A stretch of 64,000 nucleotides of DNA from a virus. The notes beneath the pieces are model-generated. The model worked only from the letters and a program-made list of their open reading frames with translations. It was not told the origin of the DNA and searched no databases. The translations under genes were made by a program, and so were the position numbers. The stretch's first letter is position 1, and every line of letters begins with the position of its first letter. This document shows, piece after piece, positions 46,931-55,140 of this stretch. The stretch is taken from the IMG/VR virus record IMGVR_UViG_3300028025_000097; one strand, written 5' to 3'.

Positions 46931-47653
46931 TTACTTTCTCAAGTAGTTGAATGTTTCTTCAGGACTATTACTCATAAAGGTATTATATACTGCGTTTTTA
47001 TTAATTGACATGGCGTGTTCAGTTATGCTTTTTATACGTTCTTGTGTGTCTTTGTTATTACCATATACGGAATGATACACTGAAGTAACATTTGTTTTAA
47101 ACTTAAGAAAATTATAAATGTTTGCTTTATCGTAACACGATTCACTGATGTCAATAGATGTATCACTACCAAAGCATATGCCTAAATTTGGAAAAGCTTT
47201 TTTAATACTTTCAGCAAAAGTTTTCTTTTCTTTTGAGATCTTATCCCATTGTTGGTATCTCTTAATCTCATCTTCTGATGCCGTCTTTCCAACTAAAGAA
47301 AAATTTATCAACCCAGTACGGTATTCAATATTTGGTCCAGATCTTGTCTTAAAATCCGACATCTTTAGAAGAGATTCGAGAAATGAAATCAATTCATAAG
47401 ATGGTCTCCAAGTACTTACCACATGTTCTTTATTTTCTTTCCATATAGAGTTACCACCACTGGTGAATACGGCTTGACAATTATCAATAATTCTACGTCC
47501 AAGCCTAGGCATAATGTTTTGATAAGTGTTATTGGTACAGATATATACGTCTTTCTTAAGCATCCAATGTTCAAACCAACGCATAAATTGAGATTCAATT
47601 GGTTGATTAGGTAAAGCTAATACGCCATCTACATCAAAGATATAAGATTTCAT
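46931..47653 (-). CDS. HAD-family phosphomannomutase-like protein
   Basis: FDVDGVL (DxD), IEYRTGLINFS.VG and GSDTSIDIS...DK resemble eukaryotic-type PMM motifs. Confidence 0.7.
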   Translation of the reverse strand: MKSYIFDVDGVLALPNQPIESQFMRWFEHWMLKKDVYICTNNTYQNIMPRLGRRIIDNCQAVFTSGGNSIWKENKEHVVSTWRPSYELISFLESLLKMSDFKTRSGPNIEYRTGLINFSLVGKTASEDEIKRYQQWDKISKEKKTFAESIKKAFPNLGICFGSDTSIDISESCYDKANIYNFLKFKTNVTSVYHSVYGNNKDTQERIKSITEHAMSINKNAVYNTFMSNSPEETFNYLRK

Positions 47654-47853
47654 TTTAAGTCATCGTGAAAATCAATCGTCACATATTGACCATCGAGGTT
47701 ATAGCCACAAGCTTTAAGGAAGAGTGTAAAAGCTTCACACACCTGTGATAAGTCAGAATGGCTAGGAATAGAATAATCTACATCATCTTCTGGAATAGAA
47801 GTATATGTATTAGGAGAATCTTTGATAATAAATCTTTTCATAATTAATCCCAC
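47650..47853 (-). CDS. Hypothetical protein
   Basis: 67 aa; DLSQVCEAFTLFLKACGY. Confidence 0.55.
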   Translation of the reverse strand: MGLIMKRFIIKDSPNTYTSIPEDDVDYSIPSHSDLSQVCEAFTLFLKACGYNLDGQYVTIDFHDDLK

Positions 47854-48338
47854 AAGTTTCTATAATATTTTCCAAACAACTCAAATCCTTCTTGCATACG
47901 ATTCTGAAATTTAAAATATCCTTCAGAATCAAACTTATGCGTATCATTAGGACCATGTTTCATAATACAATAATCATTGACTTCTTCAAAATAGAAATCA
48001 TGTTCACCAGAATGAAACTGAGCTTCCCAATCAGTATTTATCTGCTCAAATGACCAAATCATTTTATCAAGTGTCTGAGTCCATTGCTCATGCCCGTTTT
48101 CCCACGCAAGCGAATCGCCTTCTTCATAGAAGGCAAAACAATATTGAGCTGAATTGGATGTCTGATCAAATTCCTCAAACCAAGGAGAACCGTGTTTTGT
48201 TTCTTTCAATTGCTTAAGCATAGGAAGAACAATATATGCAAGAGTAGATTCCATATTCCATGTATCGTACTTATCAATACGAACATCAATCTTACGCTCA
48301 TCAGAAGTTTTCTTATATGGACCGATGTAAACTTTCAT
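47844..48338 (-). CDS. Conserved phage hypothetical protein
   Basis: MKVYIGPY...VRIDKYDTWNMESTLAYIVLPMLKQLKETKHGSP...GFELFGKYYRNLWD. Confidence 0.65.
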   Translation of the reverse strand: MKVYIGPYKKTSDERKIDVRIDKYDTWNMESTLAYIVLPMLKQLKETKHGSPWFEEFDQTSNSAQYCFAFYEEGDSLAWENGHEQWTQTLDKMIWSFEQINTDWEAQFHSGEHDFYFEEVNDYCIMKHGPNDTHKFDSEGYFKFQNRMQEGFELFGKYYRNLWD

Positions 48339-48353
48339 TATGTCTCCTAAAAA

Positions 48354-48430
48354 TGGTCGGAGTAGCCAGATTCGAACTGACGACCCTCTGGTCCCAAACC
48401 AGATGCTCTACCAAACTGAGCTACACTCCG
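48354..48430 (-). tRNA. tRNA-Pro(UGG)
   Basis: CGGAGTGTAGCTCAG...TCTGG-TTTGGGA-CCAGA...GTTCGAATC...CTCCGACCA. Confidence 0.93.
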
Positions 48431-48437
48431 AAATAAA

Positions 48438-48523
48438 TGGTGGGCAAGATAAGATTCGAACTTATTCAGCCTGAGGCGACAGATTTACAGTCTGTTGTGA
48501 CTCTCCAACTTCACCGCTTGCCC
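48438..48523 (-). tRNA. tRNA-Tyr(GUA)
   Basis: GGGCAAG...ACAGA-CTGTAAA-TCTGT, long variable arm, ...TTGCCCACCA. Confidence 0.9.
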
Positions 48524-48533
48524 TTATATTAAA

Positions 48534-48609
48534 TGGTGCTCCCGGCTGGATTTGAACCAACGACCAATCGGATATAAGCCGACTGCTCTCACCACTGAGC
48601 TACGGGAGC
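48534..48609 (-). tRNA. tRNA-Ile(UAU)
   Basis: GCTCCCGTAGCTCAG...GTCGG-CTTATAT-CCGAT...GTTCAAATC...GGGAGCACCA. Confidence 0.88.
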
Positions 48610-48617
48610 ATTTATTT

Positions 48618-48693
48618 TGGTAGGTCCAGATGGATTCGAACCACCGACCTCTCCCATATCAGGGGAGTGACTCTACCTCTGAGCTATGGACCT
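48618..48693 (-). tRNA. tRNA-Ile(GAU)
   Basis: AGGTCCATAGCTCAG...CTCCC-CTGATAT-GGGAG...GTTCGAATC...GGACCTACCA. Confidence 0.92.
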
Positions 48694-48699
48694 ATTATT

Positions 48700-48776
48700 T
48701 GGCCTGCGTGGAGGGATTCGAACCCCCGACCATTCGGGTAGAAGCCGAATGCTCTAATCCACTGAGCTACACGCAG
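48700..48776 (-). tRNA. tRNA-Arg(UCU)
   Basis: CTGCGTGTAGCTCAG...TTCGG-CTTCTAC-CCGAA...GTTCGAATC...CGCAGGCCA. Confidence 0.93.
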
Positions 48777-48787
48777 AATATGTATGT

Positions 48788-48816
48788 ATATTACAATAAA
48801 ACAATAATTAAGTACA
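48788..48816 (-). promoter_or_regulatory. sigma70-type promoter for the tRNA cluster
   Basis: TGTACT-17-TAATAT, 12 nt before tRNA-Arg. Confidence 0.55.
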
Positions 48817-48820
48817 TAGA

Positions 48821-49234
48821 CTATTTGCCTATATTTCTTCGAGTAAATTTCATCATAATGTTATCATTGTAATATGCAGATTCACCATTTTGCATAGTTG
48901 CGCATAATACGTCTTGTTCAAATTGTAACTTAGCTTCCCAATAGTTACATTCACCACGCGTCTTACATAATCGTATGATTGTTCTTTTAAAGTTTTCTTT
49001 TCCGAGCTTTTCTATTTCTTCTAGGAGTTTTGTAGATGATCCCCAATAGTCTTTCCAATCAGAGTCTTTACGGATCTTCTTCCTTTTTCCTTTGACTTGC
49101 TTTGTTGCAGCTTTAGTGAAATACTTACGGCCTATATACTTTTTACCTGATGGCATATGCTCAATGCAATATATAAAGCCGTAGTATTTAATTGAAAGTT
49201 CATGATCTATTTCTTTTTCTTCGTAGAACCACAT
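48821..49234 (-). CDS. GIY-YIG (Seg-like) endonuclease
   Basis: YGFIYCIEHMPSGKKYIGRK...YWGSS...FKRTII; 137 aa. Confidence 0.82.
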   Translation of the reverse strand: MWFYEEKEIDHELSIKYYGFIYCIEHMPSGKKYIGRKYFTKAATKQVKGKRKKIRKDSDWKDYWGSSTKLLEEIEKLGKENFKRTIIRLCKTRGECNYWEAKLQFEQDVLCATMQNGESAYYNDNIMMKFTRRNIGK

Positions 49235-49273
49235 ATTAGCACCATAATATTCACTTTGGTGCTAATATTTATT
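49233..49273 (-). promoter_or_regulatory. 12-bp hairpin covering the GIY-YIG start codon, overlapped by a late-promoter-like AATAAATA
   Basis: Perfect inverted repeat ATATTAGCACCA (49233-49244) / TGGTGCTAATAT (49257-49268); TATTTATT at 49266-49273. Confidence 0.65.
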
Positions 49274-49285
49274 GTTCATTGAATA

Positions 49286-50257
49286 TTACGCCCAAACATC
49301 TTCCCAAGAACCAGTCAATGCGCCTTTAGCATAATCAGTCGCTCTATTCTCAAAAAAGTTAGTATGAATAGGTGCATTCACCATTTCTTCGACCCAAGGT
49401 AATGGGTTTTTCTTTACTTTGAAAATCCCTTTAAGGCCAAGAGAGATAAGCCTACGATCAGCAATATACCGAATATAACGCTTAACATCATCCCCATTTA
49501 ATCCCTCCATTGGTCCAATTAAGAATGCTAAATCAATAAATCTATCTTCTAACTCAACCATTTTTTCTGCAATTTTGTAAATTTCAGATTTAAGTTCATC
49601 ATTCCAAATGTCTCGATTTTCTTCAATGAAAGTTCTAAACAATTTAATCATTGATTCAGCATGCATTGTTTCATCAACGATAGACCACGTAATAATCTGT
49701 CCCATACCTTTCATCTTACCATGTCGAGGAAAGTTAAGTAACATGATGAATGATGAGAATAATTGCATACCTTCAGTGAATGCAGAGAAAGCTGCAATCT
49801 GTTGAGCAATAGTCTGAGCATCTTGTCCAGCAATCTGAGCAAAGAAATCGTGCTTGGCTTTCATTTCTTCGTATTGCATAAACTCATTGTATGTTGTTTC
49901 AGGCATTCCAAGAGTTTCAATAAGATGAGAATAAGCTGCTACATGAAGAGCCTCACGAGCAGCAAATCCACAAAGCATCATTCTTACTTCAGGTTGTGGA
50001 AAATATGGTAGATAGTTATTGACATATCCACCAGCTACATCGATGTCACCCTGAGTAAAGAATCTAAAGATATTTGTAAGGAAGGTCTTTTCTTCAGCCG
50101 TTAGCCGCTTCTTCCAATCTTTTACATCTTCAAGCATTGGCACTTCAGTATGAATCCAATGTGATTGCTCATGCTTGAGCCAAGCGTTGTACGCCCAAGG
50201 ATATGAAAACGGTTTAAAATATTGTCGCTCATCCGTCAATTTCAATTTATTACTCAT
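49286..50257 (-). CDS. nrdB: Ribonucleotide reductase class Ia beta subunit
   Basis: FKPFSYPWA...HW...EV, FFTQGDIDV, REALH..AYSH, FTEGMQLFSSF, DETMH and HTNFFENRATDY. Likely start is MSNKLKL at 50257. Confidence 0.95.
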   Translation of the reverse strand: MSNKLKLTDERQYFKPFSYPWAYNAWLKHEQSHWIHTEVPMLEDVKDWKKRLTAEEKTFLTNIFRFFTQGDIDVAGGYVNNYLPYFPQPEVRMMLCGFAAREALHVAAYSHLIETLGMPETTYNEFMQYEEMKAKHDFFAQIAGQDAQTIAQQIAAFSAFTEGMQLFSSFIMLLNFPRHGKMKGMGQIITWSIVDETMHAESMIKLFRTFIEENRDIWNDELKSEIYKIAEKMVELEDRFIDLAFLIGPMEGLNGDDVKRYIRYIADRRLISLGLKGIFKVKKNPLPWVEEMVNAPIHTNFFENRATDYAKGALTGSWEDVWA

Positions 50258-50258
50258 A

Positions 50259-50696
50259 TTATTCGCACCAGCTCTTCTTCTTATCTCCAAAGTAAGGTCT
50301 TGCATAACCTTTTTCAATTAACATTGCGCTATAGCTTTTGCCATCAACGAGCATGTCGCCAAGTACTCGTCCACCAAACTTATCCCATTCTTTGAGAGTG
50401 ATCTGGAGTTTAGCACCACTTGCAACCACTTCTTTAGCAAACTTAGTGGCTTCTTCACCTTTCTTAGCTTCAGATTCACATTGTGCTCTAAAACCTTTTT
50501 CTGGAGTATCTACACCTAGCACACGAAGTTTTAGTTTAGTGCCTAATTCGCTTGGAAGTCCGGGAATTTCAAACTCTACAGTATCTCCATCTACCGCACG
50601 AATTACTTTATAATCATACGGACCTTCTGCCTTACATGCGACTGCAATACCAAACGATCCAACCATAACCAAAAATGCTATTACTGATGATTTCAT
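50259..50696 (-). CDS. Thermonuclease (SNase-like) with N-terminal signal
   Basis: VIRAVDGDT, LRVLGVDTPE and DKFGGRVLG; hydrophobic N-terminus ending IAVAC. Confidence 0.85.
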   Translation of the reverse strand: MKSSVIAFLVMVGSFGIAVACKAEGPYDYKVIRAVDGDTVEFEIPGLPSELGTKLKLRVLGVDTPEKGFRAQCESEAKKGEEATKFAKEVVASGAKLQITLKEWDKFGGRVLGDMLVDGKSYSAMLIEKGYARPYFGDKKKSWCE

Positions 50697-50772
50697 CGTA
50701 TTCTCCTAGTGTTGATTAATCCATTCTTGAATTTCTGTTACTGTCTTTGCGCCATTATTGTGAGAAATAGAT

Positions 50773-52578
50773 TTATTCACATGCAAGACAGCCTTCGCCT
50801 TCTGTTAATTGCTTAAGATCAATTTCTTCAATGATTTGTCGTTGAATCTTCTTAGAAACTTTATCTGCTTTTCCGATCTTCTCTGAACGACAATAATAAA
50901 GAGTCTTTAGACCTTGCTTCCATGCAAGAAAGTGTACTGCATGTAAGTATTTGATATTGACATCGGGTCTAAAGAAAAAATTAAGTGACTGAGCTTGATC
51001 TATATATTCCTGTCGATCTGCTGCGTGTTCAATGACCCAACGTTGGTCAATTTCCATAGATGTCTTAAACACATCTTTTTCCCAGTCAGACAGAATATCT
51101 AAATGTTGCACTGAACCATCATTTGCAATAATAGATGACCAAATATCTGCCATCTCTTGTTCATTATGATCATGATTGCCTACCTTTTCCCATAATAGTT
51201 TATCAAGAAACTTATTCTTTACAAAACTAGAACCAGATAAAGTATCTTGACGATATGCATTTGCTCTGTATGGTTCAACTGAAGGAGAAGTATTACCCAT
51301 GATGATTGAACTTGAAGCATTAGGAGCAATTGCCATCAAATGACTAAAGCGCAATCCAGTACCAAATGCATCTTGAGGAGACCCGCGAAATAGTCCAAGT
51401 TGCACGTTAGCAAGATTAAGTTTATCACGAATATGCTTAAAGATTTTCTTGTTTAATCCTACAGCCATTGCCGATTCCCAAGGAATCATTTTTCTCTGAA
51501 GAAGAGCATGAAATCCGAGAGCACCAACCCCAATAGAACGCTCCATGCTAGCAGAAAACTTTGCTCGTGTGATAGAGTCTGGTGCATTATCAATAAAATA
51601 CTGTAATACGTTATCAAGCATTTCAGCAATGTCTTTAAGAAATAACTCATTATCTTTCCAGTCATCGTAATACTCCAAATTTACTGAAGACAAACAACAT
51701 ACTGCGGTGCGGTTCTTATCAGTAGCAAGAACAATTTCTGAACACAAGTTAGACTGCTTGATTGAAAGACCCAGAGCTTTCTGCCAAGGTGGTAGATGCT
51801 TGTTGCTCGTATCAATAAAGTGCAAATATGGTTCACCCGTAAGCATACGAGTTTCAAGAATCTTTTGCCAGAGTTCTTTAGCAGAGACTGTTTCACGAAG
51901 TTCTTTACTGTGTGGATCTACAAGATTCCATGAATCATCTGCTTCAGGGTCTAACATGCACCTTTCGATGATATGCATAAAATCATCAGTGATATTAATG
52001 CCGTGATGCATATTCAATGTTCTGAGATTTTGGTCGCCAGTAGGCTTCCTCATTTCAAGAAAATTAATAATATCGGGATGACTAACATCAAGATAGGCAG
52101 CATAACTACCACGCCGAGTACGACCTTGACGATACGCCAAGCTAGACGCATCATATAACTTAAGATGCGGCATAACACCAGTAGACTTATCATCGGCACT
52201 ACGAATACCAAACCCAATCCCCACTCCACCACCAAACATACTAAGCCAATTTGTCTCAGAAAGATTATCGACCAAACCTTGTGCAGTGTCTTCAATATAA
52301 TTAAGAAAACAACTAATGGGCAAGCCACGAGAAGAACGCCCGAAACTAAGAATGGGAGTAGAATAAGACAACCAATGATTAGAAGCATATTCATACAACC
52401 GTTGACTATGCGCCAGATTAGATCCAAAACTTGCCGAAACATATGCAAACCTTTCTTGTGGCGACGATTCGCTATCAAGCATATATGATTCTTTTAATCG
52501 CTTAACACCTAATTCATCAAATAATTTATCACGAGAGTAATCAATGTCAATGCCCATGTAATTTGTTTTTGTTGTCAT
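50773..52578 (-). CDS. nrdA: Ribonucleotide reductase class Ia alpha subunit (no ATP cone)
   Basis: STPILS, PISCF, QSNLCSEI, VCCLSS, AIAPNASSSI, QAQSLN.F and C-terminal CLACE. Confidence 0.95.
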   Translation of the reverse strand: MTTKTNYMGIDIDYSRDKLFDELGVKRLKESYMLDSESSPQERFAYVSASFGSNLAHSQRLYEYASNHWLSYSTPILSFGRSSRGLPISCFLNYIEDTAQGLVDNLSETNWLSMFGGGVGIGFGIRSADDKSTGVMPHLKLYDASSLAYRQGRTRRGSYAAYLDVSHPDIINFLEMRKPTGDQNLRTLNMHHGINITDDFMHIIERCMLDPEADDSWNLVDPHSKELRETVSAKELWQKILETRMLTGEPYLHFIDTSNKHLPPWQKALGLSIKQSNLCSEIVLATDKNRTAVCCLSSVNLEYYDDWKDNELFLKDIAEMLDNVLQYFIDNAPDSITRAKFSASMERSIGVGALGFHALLQRKMIPWESAMAVGLNKKIFKHIRDKLNLANVQLGLFRGSPQDAFGTGLRFSHLMAIAPNASSSIIMGNTSPSVEPYRANAYRQDTLSGSSFVKNKFLDKLLWEKVGNHDHNEQEMADIWSSIIANDGSVQHLDILSDWEKDVFKTSMEIDQRWVIEHAADRQEYIDQAQSLNFFFRPDVNIKYLHAVHFLAWKQGLKTLYYCRSEKIGKADKVSKKIQRQIIEEIDLKQLTEGEGCLACE

Positions 52579-52596
52579 AGTTCTTCTCGTTATGTG

Positions 52597-53340
52597 TTAA
52601 AGGCCGATCCATTCACTTACTGGCGTCTTATTATATACAAATTCTGAAATAATTGGTACTACTTTAGATAGTTCTTGTGCGCATTGTTCTGCAATGATAC
52701 GATGTTCTTTTTGTGTACCTGGATCTGTACGTACTTCAATGTAATGGATCCAAGATCTAATTGTTCCATTTACATACATTCTAGAAGTAGTTAGTCCTTC
52801 TGGAAGGACTGCACGTGCTTGTTCTTTTGCAATACCATGCATTACAGCAAACTCATAAGCATCTTTTGCTGCACGAATGACTGCTTGTTGCTTCTCAAGC
52901 CAAACATCATTTAACTCACGATCGTCTGTTTCAATACTGTTCTGACGATTCTGAGTGTCTTGAAGTCTTGCTTCACGATATTCAAACCCGAGATCCCGCG
53001 TTGGATCTGCATATCGCTGACTAAATTCTTGAAAAGAAAAAGAACGATGTCTTAGGATTTGTCGGGCAATATCGCGTGTGGTATTAATTTCAATACATGC
53101 ATTTGCCATCTCAAAGGGAGACCAGTGCTTATGTTTTACGAGATATTTAATCAACCTATCAGAAGTAGAACTATTCTGCTGATTGCTTGGGTTTGATACA
53201 CGAGCACAAAAAGCAATCATGTCTTGTAAATCATCATCAGCGTTGACTACACCGTTATCGATCATAAAGTCTATATCGCCACGAGTATAGCTCATGAGTT
53301 TAACGGGACGATTCACATATTTAGAAATTTCATCAATCAT
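52597..53340 (-). CDS. thyX: Flavin-dependent thymidylate synthase
   Basis: HKHWSPFEM, QILRHRSFSFQEFSQRY and ARAVLPEG. Start is in a TAATG overlap with the primase stop. Confidence 0.93.
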   Translation of the reverse strand: MIDEISKYVNRPVKLMSYTRGDIDFMIDNGVVNADDDLQDMIAFCARVSNPSNQQNSSTSDRLIKYLVKHKHWSPFEMANACIEINTTRDIARQILRHRSFSFQEFSQRYADPTRDLGFEYREARLQDTQNRQNSIETDDRELNDVWLEKQQAVIRAAKDAYEFAVMHGIAKEQARAVLPEGLTTSRMYVNGTIRSWIHYIEVRTDPGTQKEHRIIAEQCAQELSKVVPIISEFVYNKTPVSEWIGL

Positions 53341-54362
53341 TAACACTTTCTCCACATTTGTAATTGTAATTTCGCTTCAATATCGGAATACGAATTCTTG
53401 TCTATGATGATTTTAAGTTCTTCTGCATCATGACCATTCAAAATCATCTCATTCACATCTTTACCAGTCACTCGATCTGGCCAAAAGCACACATTATAAC
53501 CCAAAGCGATATACTTATCAATCTTCTTTACGGTCTGTGGAGATCTTGGTTCATTATCAAAAATGACAGTACATTTCTTCTTGTTCAGATCTAATGATCC
53601 GCTCAGATCTGAACCACACATAGCTATAGAATTTTCTATAAACATGGAGTCTATAGGACCTTCAAATACATAGATGTGCTTAGTAAAATCGACTGTATCG
53701 AGACCAAAGACTTTTGGTTTGTCTTCGTCTAAAAGTACAGTTATATATCTATTGCCGGTCTTACTAAAACTTCTTCCCTGACATCCATAGAAGTTCTTTT
53801 CACGATCTAAGAACGGAAGGATAAGTCTGGGTTCATCTTTTTCGATGTCAATAAATTTATCTGATATAAATGTATTTACCCAACTCCTAAATTTAGGGCA
53901 GAAAAATATCTTATATTGAACATTACTTGGGATCTTTCGACTCATCACATATTTCTTAACAGGATGGTCCCAAGCAAGTGAAGATATTTTAGTCAGGTTT
54001 TTGAGAGGAGAATCAATCTTATACTTTGGTACTTCGATCTTGGTAATATCGGGCTTAGACAATGGCAAAGGATTATCAAGATTATTCTCGATAAACATAT
54101 CTTTCATATATTCTTGATGGAGCACCACATCAAGAGACTTGAGGAAATTAGAGAAAGTCATCGAGGCAGAACAATTATGGCAATAAAAGCGATACTTGCC
54201 CTTCTTATTGAAGATCCATCCTCGTGCTTTGATCTTACTCCGCTGAGAATCACCACACACAGGGCAGCGAAAGTTAAACAGTTCACGATCCTTTTGTTTG
54301 AACTGCTCTAACCTAACAGAGACAAGATTGATGTATTTTTGATCTATCCAGAGAGACATCAT
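53340..54362 (-). CDS. gp61: DNA primase gp61
   Basis: FRCPVCGDSQ...RG..CHNC zinc finger; EGPIDSMF and DNEPRS (TOPRIM); KDVNEM. Confidence 0.93.
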   Translation of the reverse strand: MMSLWIDQKYINLVSVRLEQFKQKDRELFNFRCPVCGDSQRSKIKARGWIFNKKGKYRFYCHNCSASMTFSNFLKSLDVVLHQEYMKDMFIENNLDNPLPLSKPDITKIEVPKYKIDSPLKNLTKISSLAWDHPVKKYVMSRKIPSNVQYKIFFCPKFRSWVNTFISDKFIDIEKDEPRLILPFLDREKNFYGCQGRSFSKTGNRYITVLLDEDKPKVFGLDTVDFTKHIYVFEGPIDSMFIENSIAMCGSDLSGSLDLNKKKCTVIFDNEPRSPQTVKKIDKYIALGYNVCFWPDRVTGKDVNEMILNGHDAEELKIIIDKNSYSDIEAKLQLQMWRKC

Positions 54363-54390
54363 ATACTACTTTGATTAACCAACATAGTTG

Positions 54391-54419
54391 ATTATACCAT
54401 TAAAGTAATATTATGTAAA
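54391..54419 (-). promoter_or_regulatory. sigma70-type promoter for primase-thyX-nrdA
   Basis: TTTACA-17-TATAAT with TG extension. Confidence 0.7.
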
Positions 54420-54779
54420 TGCCTTTGTAACATAAGAGAGAATAAACCCTGCAACGGCAGCTCCACCAACGATGGTATACTTCCATTTTTCAAGACTAGA
54501 GATACGCACGGCTAATTGATCTAATTGTAATTTAGTTTCTAAGTGTTCTTTGTGATTTTCAATCTTTAATTCTTTGATCATGTCATAAATCTCAGAATTG
54601 ACTTCGCTCTGTTGAGTGAGTTTATGATCATGAACTGCAAGTAGTTCTTTAATAGACGTAGAGACATCACATAGCTTTTCAATAGCTGAATCTAATTTAC
54701 CTAAAAACACAGTCACTTGAGAAACATCTTTTTCAAGCAATGCTATCTGAGTCTTATAGTCTTCGTCATTTTTGTTCAT
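54411..54779 (-). CDS. Coiled-coil protein with C-terminal TM helix (lysis-associated candidate)
   Basis: LEKWKYTIVGGAAVAGFILSYV; directly downstream of the spanin pair. Confidence 0.5.
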   Translation of the reverse strand: MNKNDEDYKTQIALLEKDVSQVTVFLGKLDSAIEKLCDVSTSIKELLAVHDHKLTQQSEVNSEIYDMIKELKIENHKEHLETKLQLDQLAVRISSLEKWKYTIVGGAAVAGFILSYVTKAFT

Positions 54780-55140
54780 CAGATTGTGCGTCTTCTTTAG
54801 GTTTTTCGTAGTATTGCTTATATGCAGCTATGACTGACTTTTGTTCACGAATGAATCTTAAAAGATTAGCGTTGTTTAGAGCTAAATTTTTGTAGCTTGT
54901 TTCATCTAAAGCTACTAAAAATACTAGACCATTTGGATCTTTGACAGTTTCAATCACATCATTATAATTCTTATCGGTGATGACGACCCATTGCATAGAT
55001 TGCATCTTCACAGGTTGCGGCATGGGTACGTCGAGCTTAGGCTTCTCGATAGGCTTTGTGCGAACTACTAACTCTTTTTTAAGTGTCGCACAACCACTAA
55101 GGGCGAGCGAGCAGATCAGAACACTGATTATTCTTTTCAT
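54766..55140 (-). CDS. Outer-membrane spanin (o-spanin) lipoprotein
   Basis: MKRIISVLICSLALSG|C lipobox and Pro-rich linker; overlaps the i-spanin 3' end. Confidence 0.75.
   Translation of the reverse strand: MKRIISVLICSLALSGCATLKKELVVRTKPIEKPKLDVPMPQPVKMQSMQWVVITDKNYNDVIETVKDPNGLVFLVALDETSYKNLALNNANLLRFIREQKSVIAAYKQYYEKPKEDAQSDEQK

Noticed and set aside
48630-48872. 80-aa plus-strand ORF
   Set aside because: It is the antisense reading of tRNA-Ile and tRNA-Arg.
49286-54362. Introns or inteins in nrdB, nrdA, thyX or primase
   Set aside because: All four are continuous ORFs of ordinary length with no intein or homing-endonuclease motifs.
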